Source: Antedon mediterranea (taxonomy: Eukaryota; Animalia; Echinodermata). From it: a DNA stretch of 64,000 nucleotides. This document shows, in pieces, positions 13,240 to 24,492 of the stretch (the first letter of the stretch is position 1; each line of letters starts with the position of its first letter). The notes beneath the pieces were generated by a model. It was not told the DNA's origin, did no database searches, and saw only the letters and a program-made list of their open reading frames with translations. The position numbers and the translations under genes are program-made. The stretch lies in contig NC_092679.1 of assembly GCF_964355755.1 (NCBI RefSeq), positions 19,203,432 to 19,267,431 of the forward strand. The letters run 5' to 3'.

Positions 13240-16200
13240 GTACAGGGAAATTTTCGACCCTTTTATTTTTTGACATAACTGGTTAAAATGACTCTATAAG
13301 ATGATAAAGCAATATATCTGCATATATGGCAATTTTTGACCCTTTTATTTTTAGGCATAAATGGTTACTATAGCATAATAAACATGCGAAGAGTCGAACA
13401 ATGGGTTCTGCGCATGTCAATTATGCTATAGTAACCAGTTTTGTCAAAATATAAAATGGTCGAAATTATTTTTAGACATAAATGGTTACTATCGCATAAT
13501 AAACATGGGCAGAGTCGAATAATGGGTTCTGCGCATGTCAATTATGCTATAGTAACCAGTTATATCGAAAAATAAAAAGGTCGAAATTTGTCCATTTTTG
13601 GAAAAAATCCCTGTACTATAGTACAGGAAAATTTTCGAAAAATAGCAATTTTTCAAGTATTTTATTTTTAGACATAAATGGTTACTATCGCATAATAAAC
13701 ATGCGCAGAGTCGAATAATGGGTTCTACGCATGTCGATTATGCTATAGTAACCAGTTATGTCAAAAAATAAAATGGTCAAAAATTATTTTTAGACATAAT
13801 AAACATGCGCAGAGTCGAATAATGGGTTCTGCGCATGTCATTTATGCTATAGTAACCAGTTATATCGAAAAATAAAAAGGTCGAAATTTGTCAATTTTTG
13901 GAAAAAATTCCTGTACTATAGTACAGGAAAATTTTCGAAAAAAAGCAAATTTTCGAGTTTTTTATTTTTAGACATAAATGGTTACTATCGCATAATAAAC
14001 ATGCGCAGAGTCGAATAATGGGTTCTGCGCATGTCAATTATGCTATAGTAACCAGTTATATCGAAAAATAAAAGGGTTGAAATTTGTCCATTTTTGGAAA
14101 AAATCCCTGTACTATAGTACAGGAAAATTTTCGAAAAATAGCAATGTTTCGAGTATTTTATTTTTAGACATAAATGGTTACTCTCGCATAATAAACATGC
14201 GCAGAGTCAAATAATGGGTTCTGCGCATGTCGATTATGCTATAGTAACCAGTTATATCGAAAAATAAAAAGGTCGAAATTTGTCCATTTTTGGAAAAAAT
14301 CCCTGTACTATAGTACAGGAAAATTTTCGAAAAATAGCAATGTTTCGAGTATTTTATTTTTAGACATAAATGGTTACTCTCGCATAATAAACATGCGCAG
14401 AGTCAAATAATGGGTTCTGCGCATGTCGATTATGCTATAGTAACCGGTTATGTCAAAAAATAAAATGGTCGAAATTATTTTTAGACATAAATGGTTACTA
14501 TAGCATAATAAACATGCGCAGAGTCGAATAATGGGTTCTGCGCATGTCAATTATGCTATAGTAACCAGTTATATCGAAAAATAAAAGGGTTGAAATTTGT
14601 CCATTTTTGTAAAAAATCCCTGTACTATGGTACAGGAAAATTTTCGAAAAATAGCAATTTTTGGAGTATTTTATTTTTAGACATAAATGGTTACTATCGC
14701 ATAATAAACCTGCGCAGAGTCGAGTAATGGATTCTGCGCATGTCGATTATGCTATAGTAACCAGTTATGTCAAAATATAAAATGGTCAAAAATTATTTTT
14801 AGACATAATAAACATGCGCAGAGTCGAATAATGGGTTCTGCGCATGTCAATTATGCTATAGTAACCAGTTATATCGAAAAATAAAAAGGTCGAAATTTGT
14901 CCATTTTTGGAAAAAATCCCTGTACTATAGTACAGGACAATTTTCGAAAAATAGCAAATTTTCGAGTTTTTTATTTTTAGACATAAATGGTTACTATCGC
15001 ATAATAAACATGCGCAGAGTCGAATAATGGGTTCTGCGCATGTCAATTATGCTATAGTAACCAGTTTTGTCAAAATATAAAATGGTCGAAATTATTTTTA
15101 GACATAAATGGTTACTATCGCATAATAAACATGCGCAGAGTCGAATAATGGGTTCTACGCATGTCGATTATGCTATAGTAACCAGTTATGTCAAAAAATA
15201 AAATGGTCGAAAATTATTTTTAGACATAATAAACATGCGCAGAGTCGAATAATGGGTTCTGCGCATGTCATTTATGCTATAGTAACCAGTTATATCGAAA
15301 AATAAAAAGGTCGAAATTTGTCAATTTTTGGAAAAAATCCCTGTACTAGTACAGGAAAATTTTCGAAAAATAGCAAATTTTCGAGTATTTTATTTTTAGA
15401 CATAAATGGTTACTATCGCATAATAAAAATGCGCAGAGTCGAATAATGGGTTATGCGCATGTCAATTATGCTATTGTAACCAGTTATATCGAAAAATAAC
15501 AACTGCCTCTGGAGAACATATTTTCGGATCGTCTTCTGAAAAAGGCAGTGGCTATCAAAGATGATCATTTTCATCCGGCCTCTAGTATGTTCCAGTTGAT
15601 GCGCAGCGATTTCGTTCTATTAAGGCCAATAAGGCACGATTTACAAATAGTTTCTTTCCAGGATCTATTAGAGCCTTAAATATGATGTAGACACTTTTTT
15701 TTTTTGTAATGTTTTTGTTTTTGAGTTTGTGTTGTGTCCATTTTTGGAAAAAATCCTATAGTACAGGAAAATTTTCGAAAAATAGCAATTTTTCGAGTAT
15801 TTTATTTTTAGACATAAATGGTTACTATCGCATAATAAACATGCGCAGAGTCGAATAATGGGTTCTGCGCATGTCGATTATGCTATAGTAACCAGTTATG
15901 TCAAAAAATAAAATGGTCGAAATTATTTTTTGAAATAAATGGTTACTATCGCATAATAAACATGCGCAGAGTCGAATAATGGGTTCTGCGCCTGTCAATT
16001 ATGCTATAGTAACCAGTTATATCGAAAAATAAAAAGATCGAAATTTGTCCATTTTTGGAAAAAAATTCCTGTACTATAGTACTGGAAAATTTTCGAAAAA
16101 TAGCAATTTTTTGAGTATTTTATTTTTAGACATAAATGGTTACTATCCCATAATAAACATGCGCAGAGTCGGATAATGGGTTCTGCGCATGTCCATTGTT

Positions 16201-16390
16201 CTATAGTAACCAGTTATGTCAAAATATAAAATGGTCAAAAATTATTTTTAGACATAAATAGTTACTATAACATAATTAACATGCGCAGAGTCGAATAATA
16301 GGTTCTGCGCATTCGAAAAATAAAAAGATCGAAAAGATTGAAATCCCTGGGAAAAAACATGGAAAAACATGGCATGTGTTCTGCGCATGT
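13240..16390. repeat. Complex palindromic (hairpin) satellite, 18 cores
   Basis: Core CATGCGCAGAGTCGAATAATGGGTTCTGCGCATG inside long inverted arms, recurring at spacings of about 196, 121 or 104 bp. Long units contain a second symmetry axis, CCTGTACTATAGTACAGG. Confidence 0.92.
15500..15733 (+). mobile_element. 5'-truncated LINE 3' end (CR1-group, Rex1/Babar-like) inside the satellite
   Basis: With one frameshift it translates as QLPLENIFSDRLLKKAVAIKDDHFHPASSMFQLM / RFRSIKANKARFTNSFFPGSIRALNMM*, resembling the HP..LF..R.R..R..NSFFP..IR.LN C-terminus of such RT ORFs; followed by T-rich sequence. Confidence 0.7.
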
Positions 16391-16954
16391 TACCTTCCGT
16401 ATTTTTAAAAATTCGATGGAAATCTTTCCTTCCTTTCTTTTTATATAGGCTTGTTAACAAACGTCTTCAACCTTCTTCAAAAGTGCTGCTGTTTGTGTTT
16501 TTTTAATATATACCGAAATAAATATAGGCCTATAATTTGCAAATGGCACGAATAAACAAAAATAAATTGCCATAGGCATCTTTATTAATTTGAAATTATT
16601 ACAATACGTGTACACAAACATACATTATAATATTCTATCTCTATACGTAACATCTTCTGTAAGCTAAGGCAGATTCATTTAATTTCATAAAACTATAATT
16701 ACATAACTTGTGAACGCTCACGTGAATTTTATACACAAAATAACTCTTTTTCGATTAAAAACCGTTTACACCTAAAACCGGTAATGTATTAACAAGTCTA
16801 AAGAAATGTTCGATTTTCAAATATTAATATTTAAACTAAATCTGATAGTTTTAATATAATGCAGAGAGTTATTGTCTAGTTACAACTCCATGATCAGTGT
16901 ATACCTGATATGTCGTGCTAGTTATAGTCGATATATACATTTTTATGTGTTTTT

Positions 16955-19900
16955 TTACATAGCTGGTAGAGCAGCTGCATATTTGGGGGACTTTTTAGCA
17001 ACAACGTTACGAAGATGTGAGTCTGCCATTACATACGGGTTGATCCGCTAAAAGAAAATAAGTGAAAACGATGTTATATAATAACACAATGATATACTTG
17101 ATGCTACAGTATTAGATTAGACTACATCACTACCCACTAGATGAAAATCCTAGGTCAAACCCGCAAAAACACACCCTAGACAACTACATTAGACCATACC
17201 CTAGACAACATTATACAACCCCTTAGACTAAACCATTAGACCACAACAATAAAGGACAATTTATTCTGAGCGGTAAAGTCCAATTTACACATACGAGCGG
17301 TAGCGGTAACGGAAAATCGCGTAGCTTGTCACACGTATAATCTGTATCTACCGGGAGCGGAAATCACCCGTCCGCTCCACGTTGTGTGTATGGTCATACG
17401 GAATATATTTATATTACTGTTACCACTCGTCTATGTAAAGTGGCATATTTTATACCACCCAATTAAATTACAGTCATTAAATTAGAGCCACTAAACCACA
17501 TCATTATACCACCCAATTAAACCACACTCTTAGACCACACTCTTAGACCACACTCTTAGACCACACTCTTAAACCACACTCTTAGACCACACTCTTAAAC
17601 CACACTCTTAGACCACACTCTTAAACCACACTCTTAGACCACACTCTTAAACCACACTCTTAGACCACACTCTTAAACCACACTCTTAGACCACACTCTT
17701 AAACCACACTCTTAGACCACACTCTTAAACCACACTCTTAAACCACACTCTTAGACCACACTCTTAAACCACACTCTTAAACCACACTCTTAAACCACAC
17801 TCTTAGACCACACTCTTAAACCACCCAATTAAACCACACTCTTAGACCACACTCTTAAACCACACTCTTAGACCACCTCTGGACAACAAAAACTAAAACA
17901 CTCTTAGACCACACTCTTATTAGACCACACCTTTTAGGTGCAATTCAGTACTACAACCACGGAGGTATACCTCCATGCTACAACTACCACTAACTACAGA
18001 ATGTGCTACTATAAATACATACCCTTTGTTTCAGTCCAATATTATTCCTGTTCCATGTGTTATATCCCTAAAGTATAGGAAACAAAGATTTCTGTGAATC
18101 AAGCGATCAGAAACTGAGCGAGAAACTTGTTAAAACGTGGCAGCAGAGACCACCTGAGATAGCGTTTGATAACATTGTAACAATCAAGAAAAGATAACAT
18201 TCTTATAAATTAATAACGTCTGTCTTACCCGTTTGTTTATGGTCATTTGTGGTGATTTCTTCGCAACCAGAGTTGAGCGTTTTAATCCATCAATATGAAA
18301 ATCACCCTACAATCACAAATAATGACCAAATTATTATACGCCTACCTCTCTTCTCCGTTGTATAATTTATTTTAATAATATTTTCTATCGCAAATTTTCT
18401 TTAAAATAAATAGGTGATATATATTGATAATAAATTTACATTGACACAATTTTAAAATGGCAGGGAAGTTGTTCTGTTAAGCTTGGTTTACACTATACGC
18501 AATGACGTAGACGTAACGCAAGCCAATGCCCTTCTAATAATTGTGTTTAGTGACTTGACCAATGACAAAGCGATTTTCAATTTTTCAATTCAATTCAATT
18601 CACATTTATTTACTCATCGTTTATAAATATAATTTCATAGCATAAATGATGGCAAAGATCCTGCATAGAGAAGTTTACACTTCTGTTTTCGCAGGACCCT
18701 TTTACATAAAAAACATAAAACAATAAACACAACATAATATATATAAAATAAAATATAGCATTTCCTATTTACATTTTAGAGTTGTTCATCATCATAAAGC
18801 GATAGTGTTTTTCTAACATGATTATTTATACATTTATTTTTCTTAAAAGAAGACGCAACACAATGACGTAGACGCAACGTAAAACGTGGTTCCCACTAAA
18901 ACGCAACGAAGCGACGTATCGACGCAAAATGATGTATTGCGTAATCACAAGTGGGAACCGACTACGCAATAGTGCTTCCAATATCGCAGGTTTGATTTCA
19001 CGCAGGCGGTGGTAAACACAATTATTAGAAGGACATTGGCTTACGTTGCGTAGATTGCGTTACGTTGCGTCACTAGTGGGAACCAGGCTTAAGCGAGTTG
19101 ACTAATGACAAAGCGACAGTCTGTTTAATCAAATCACGATAGCTTGGTTCCCACTAGAGACGCAACGCAATGACGTAGACGCAACGCAATTCGGACTATC
19201 CATTTCTTTGATTGGTCAACAAGTGGGAACCAAGCTGTCCCATTATGACGTTACGCAACCACGTAAGCGCGACGTCAGCCATTTACCCAATCACAAGCGA
19301 TGGATTGGTCAATTCGCTCTCGTCATTGCGTTAAGACTCTAGTGGGAACCAAGCATTATATTAGTGTGGAGGTGGGTTATTTTCGTGTTGAAATTAGGGT
19401 ACTATTTAATCAATAGATTAAACCTACCAAAAACCCTTCATCCATGTCGTTATCTTTCGGAACTTCTTGATATTTATTCACAAACTGAGCTGTGTTCGGC
19501 ATGTTAGGCAAACAACACTGAGATGCTATAAAAAAAATTAAGATATTAGAAATGTTAACAATTATAAATGCTTTTCATATCATATCAAAGTTAGTGTGAA
19601 CCAATAAACAAAGTGTGATGTGCTCAAATATCGTAGTGATATGCTTAAATATAGTAGTGATATGACACCATCGTGTCCATATATGGGCACATCACATTTT
19701 TGTCACATAAAGTTTGATAGTGTAGATAAATCTTTAGACACCACATTAAAGGTCGGCTTAGTGGGGTACCTTTTTCAGGTATTAGATTTTATTCTCAGAA
19801 ACAAATTTTGTTTCAACTGAATTTAATTGAACAAATGTATTCATTGATTGAATTTCCTCAAATACTGTTACCTATGTCCGTTCATAACAGATTCTTTTGT

Positions 19901-21406
19901 ACACCAGCATTTATGGATACAAGGTTAAGTAGCCTATGTTACTCACATTGTGTACAGTCCGAAAATTCATCATTTTCGTCCCAGGATTCGGCACAGGAAC
20001 ACTTAAGGTTAGGATATATAACAGATTTCACAAGAGAATACCCTGTAAAAAAAGTCATAATAAAATTCAACAACACTGTACTTAATTAACACATATCACA
20101 ATTTGGAGTTTTGTCTTGAACGCGTTTTGTCTTGAGTGCGTTTTGTCTTGAACGCAACGATTTGGTCGGATCGATTTATTCATGGGGGGGGGGGGGCGAG
20201 TGTAAAATTGTCAGCTTCTTATGGCCATTGTGGATGGGTTCGAGACTCCATATTTCTCAGTTTCTACACGATTTTCAGTGCTGTATCTCCACATAATTAC
20301 TATAATATTTGCCTAGTGTCAGAGGGATATTTGGTATTACAGCATCATTTTTATCATCACATATGGTGCCTGTATCAGGTTGGCTTAGCTTTTGTTATAT
20401 GATACTATATGAAACACCATGTGTTAGTATTATCAACTATTTTCTATGATACTGGAGAACACAGAGTGTCGAGAATACGGTGCAGTCTCTTTATTACAAG
20501 ATTTTTTAGACGTACCATTTCACCTAATTGTTACTATATGATGAAAAGAGACATTAAGCCTACAATAACAACAACCTACCTTTGGACAACTGTTGCCCTG
20601 GGCAGGGGTTGGGTGGAGTATCAAATCCGTGTATTCCTATTTCGGGAATGGCAACCTGTTTGTTGGCTAGTTTACCAAACTCTCCAATGTTTTGTTTTCC
20701 TTCGCCAGCACCTCCTATAAAAATGTAGGAAAAATACGATATAAATGTTAAAGGCAGTCCTACTTAAAACTCAGATCTGTCCACACTATCAAACTAGTCT
20801 GAAAAAAGTGTGATATGGCCAAATAATTGGTAGTGATATGGCCAAATATGGTAGTGATATACGTCATCGTCACATTTTTTTATATAAAGTTTGATAGTGT
20901 ACACCATGGAGAAATGTTTCCATGTGTAGACAGAGCTTAAGATTTAAACGAGGGACATAAAATTGGTTCACACTTGGACGCAACGCAACCTCGATATAAG
21001 CACAACGACCAACCACAAGCGACAGTTCAGACGATCGTTAAATTCTGGTAAAATTACCAGTGCGGCGCGCAAAAAACGGAAACAAAACTTAAGCACTAAA
21101 TGAGCAGCAGTTGTGTAGATTTTGACCGGTATTATAAGGCAAGTAGATTGCATATTATAGTATTAATTTGTGAAAACATTCTAGCGTACGGTCTATGAGT
21201 GGCCTACAATGTTTCAATAAAAGCGGATTCGTGATGCGGGAGAATTTTGTAAAATATCATAGCCTACCTGCGACATATGTATTTTCATCTCCTTTCAATT
21301 TGTTCTGTTCTGCAAGTTCTTCTCTCCGATTAAAATTAAAGTGATTAAAGCTCCACGGAAAGGATGTGACGTGGCAAACCAACGTTACAAATATAATTAG
21401 TCTCAT
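16955..21406 (-). CDS. SCG5: Neuroendocrine protein 7B2 / secretogranin V (PC2 chaperone-inhibitor), 227 aa
   Basis: Minus-strand GT-AG exons 21406-21268, 20714-20580, 20042-19947, 19525-19428, 18306-18229, 18067-18023, 17047-16955 join in frame (684 nt). Signal peptide MRLIIFVTLVCHVTS and 7B2 hallmarks GGAGEGKQ, PPNPCP, CLPNMPNTAQF and INPY...LRNVVAKKS. Non-coding first exon with donor CAG|GTATGT at 22582; minus-strand AATAAA at 16581-16586. The last codons (PAM*) could instead splice to an acceptor near 16797. Confidence 0.9.
17521..17930. repeat. 13-bp minisatellite (ACCACACTCTTAR)n in the last SCG5 intron
   Basis: Roughly 27-30 tandem copies differing mainly by G/A at one position. Confidence 0.92.
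18480..19355. mobile_element. Cluster of nested/adjacent family A MITEs in an SCG5 intron
   Basis: Several GGTTCCCACTAG / CTAGTGGGAACC termini and ACGCAACGCAA sub-repeats; an unrelated AT-rich insert at about 18580-18845 interrupts the first copy. Confidence 0.65.
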
Positions 21407-22129
21407 TTCGGAAATGTTGTCGAAAAAAATCTGTAAGAAAAGGGATACATTATATATGGAATAGAGTATACAAAAACATGGTACAACATATTTGGAAATG
21501 GGGAAATTCGTGGGTAAAGGACTGGAGTCTAAATGTTACTTTTAGTACAGTAGGCCTATTATCAAGGCAATCTACCAACACGAAACTGAGCCTAGGATCT
21601 CGTAACAGTCCTTTGATCTTATGTCTGGCTGCGACAAATACCAACAGTACTGTACTATGTATATATTATCTGTGGCGCGATGTATGCTATTGATAAGGAG
21701 CATGGAACTGATCGTGTCGCAGTCACAGCTAAATATATCTCCGGAACTCAGCATCCTGTTGTTAGATTTCCTTGGTTATTACTGTATTAGTAAAATAGTT
21801 CATCTGAATCTGTGTATAGCGTTAGTAGAATTTTACTAATAGGGCCTACTGTTGGTAGGCTATAGGCCTTTTTTTATTCATTTTATATAATCATTTATGG
21901 TGTTTAGATAAATCAAATTTAAACGTTAAAGTATAAATATTAAGCTGCGTTGGTATTTTCAAATATCATTTCTAGACGTGGGTGAGCAATTTAAGTCGTC
22001 ATTTTTTCTAATAAATAATTAATTTATCCATTATCTATGAAGCGTGAATTATTAATAGGATTTCCTTCAAGCCCACGTCGTACACACTGCATGCCGCGTA
22101 TGCACATAAATAGATGATGTTGTTTAATA

Positions 22130-22310
22130 TTATGATGATGATAATGTCGTCAGATGATCATGATGATAATGCGAATCGATGATAATAGTGATGATGATAA
22201 TGTTGTTGATAATGATAAATATGATGATGATAAAGATGATGATGTGGTCAGATGATGATGATAATAAAGATGATGATGATGATGAAGATGATTATAATGA
22301 TAAAGATGAT
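22130..22310. repeat. Degenerate (GAT)n microsatellite
   Basis: Runs of GAT/AAT triplets; accounts for ORF 22179-22388. Confidence 0.85.
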
Positions 22311-22581
22311 TTCTATAATAATGTATCAACGTTAAAACATGAAATACAATGTAGATACTGTAGGCTTATTACTGAACGTTTCAAATAAACACTTCCACAC
22401 AATATAATAATACTGTCGAACGTTAACAGAAACACAATGATTAAAAAATACGAAATCTAATTATTATTATGATGATGATACGCTAACAATACACATAGCC
22501 TATGTCTGATACCTTTATCAAAAAGAACGATAAACGATAAAAATATAATTATGTATAAAACTATGATTCTTGGGTACATAC

Positions 22582-22775
22582 CTGTATTGTTATTGCTATA
22601 AAAGAATCTTCGTTCTACCGAATCAAGATGGCTGTACTAAGATGTATTCAATGAGAGGAGAAATGAATATACGTCAATTACTCATTTTCATATTAAGTAG
22701 TTGACGGCGATGACGTCATGACAATGCTAATGAGAAACCGTATAGTCTTCGTAGAGTGGTTGCCTAGCAACCGAT
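22582..22775 (-). promoter_or_regulatory. Putative SCG5 promoter and non-coding exon 1
   Basis: Strong donor at 22582, CRE TGACGTCA at 22711-22718, half-CRE at 22672-22676, palindromic RFX X-box GTTGCCTAGCAAC at 22759-22771. Confidence 0.6.
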
Positions 22776-23680
22776 GTAAATTATACGGATCGATAAATCT
22801 GCCTAGATTAAGTCTCTCCTAAAACAATTCATCCTTTTTATAAACATGTTCACGATATGTATTATAAAACAAATAACCAGAAATAGAAATATTATAAAAG
22901 TTTAAACGTATTGAATGGTATGAAATATAGTATTTAATAAAGTCACGTGAACCTCAGTCGTCCAATCAACGACTATGGAATAAGCTAGGTGTTTAGTAAG
23001 ATGATGCGTGACGGCATTATAGAATATATAATAATAATAATATAACTTGAGCCCACGCTATTAAATATAAACCTGCGCTCACATTGTATGTCAATTATTT
23101 ATATTTTTTACTAGAATGAAATGATATGATTAAAAAGATTATCATCGATTCGCATCATCATTATCATCTGACGACATATTATTATCATCATCATCTATAT
23201 AGAATCTCGGTACTGATTTTAAAAACCTGATGTAACCATGTTTACTAATTAAATTGAGTTAGATAATTATTGACAATTAAAACGAATTTAGGTTCAACGA
23301 TTTGCCCCAAATAGGGGTGTTTTTCGATCGTGGTATACACTGTCTAATGGATGTCCGTCTTGAAAAATACCCGAAGACAATAATATGAGGATGCTTCGCA
23401 TTTTCCTATCTCCTCCTACGATAATTGTTTTTAATGGCTGAAAACCGGTTGAACAGCTCAAGTACAGCATCATAATGTTGAAGACAGGCCGATTTTCTTT
23501 AAAAAAATACTATTTTGATAGATTTTATATACGTTTATATAAATGTATTGATTTGCGATGAATGGAACATTCCAATCTCTGTTACACAAGTGTCTTTTCC
23601 CTCAGGCGTCGTAAAGGCAAGTACTGTATACTCATAACAGAAATTCGATCCATTTTTTTTTTCCAATCTGTACTGCAGAG

Positions 23681-24492
23681 TATGGAACGCCGTTTACGCA
23701 ACATTTCGATGATATGAATTTTATGACGCGATATGTGAATGAAATGCATCGATATGAATTAAAATGGTGCGATATATGAATGAAATGTTTTTAATTGAAT
23801 GCTTTGAATTGAATATTTTGAATGAAATGTTTTGAATGAAATGTTTTGAATGAAATGTTTTGAATGAAATGTTTTAAATGAAATGTTTTGAATGAAATGT
23901 TTTGAATGAAATGTTTGAATTGAATTGAAAAGTCAAACTATTGGTGGCGTATGTCATTCTCGCTCGCGATTATTTTCTCAACCTCTTAGGCCTAAGCCTG
24001 GGTACCCTCATCTCCTTTCTTCCACGCTGCCTTTACAGAGAATCCTAACAGACCTGGGTTCGGAAATATGTATTCCAATGTTTCAGGTCTGTTAGGGAGT
24101 CTCTGTAAAGGATTCATATAGATGACAGCATTGAAAGGAGATGAGGGTGGGTATACCCATGCTTAGGCCTATTAAGAGGTTGAAAAAAAATCGCGAGCGG
24201 GAATGACATACGCCGCCAATAGTTTTACTTTTCAATTCAATTCAAACATTTCATTCAAAACATTTAATTCAAAACATTTCATTCAAAACATTTCATTCAA
24301 AACATTTTATTCAAAACATTCAATTCAAAACATTTCATTCAAAACATTTCATTCAAAACATTCAATTCAAAGCATTCAATTCAAAACATTTCATTCATAT
24401 ATCACGCCATTCAATTCATATCGATGCATTTCATTCACATATCGCGTCATAAAATTCATATCATCGAAATGTTGGGTAAACGGCGTTCCATA
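23681..24492. mobile_element. Foldback non-autonomous DNA transposon, IS3EU-like
   Basis: Termini TATGGAACGCCG...CGGCGTTCCATA; 6-bp TSD GCAGAG (23675-23680 and 24493-24498); arms inverted over nearly the whole length, with internal 14-bp TTTTGAATGAAATG tandem repeats. Confidence 0.8.

Noticed and set aside
13240-16390. CRISPR-like array (regular palindromic repeats)
   Set aside because: The intervening sequences are themselves repeated rather than unique spacers, there are no cas genes, and the context is eukaryotic.
18130-18153. Alternative SCG5 terminal exon (VVSAATF*)
   Set aside because: Weaker acceptor, and it would drop the conserved NPY..VVAKKS peptide; the 18067 acceptor keeps the frame.
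20200-21790. Decayed olfactomedin-domain pseudogene on + (GWVRD, TTYLW..GRGWVEY, IICGAMYAID)
   Set aside because: The best-looking segment is the antisense of SCG5 exon 20714-20580; the rest needs several frameshifts and lies in SCG5 introns. Treated as chance similarity.
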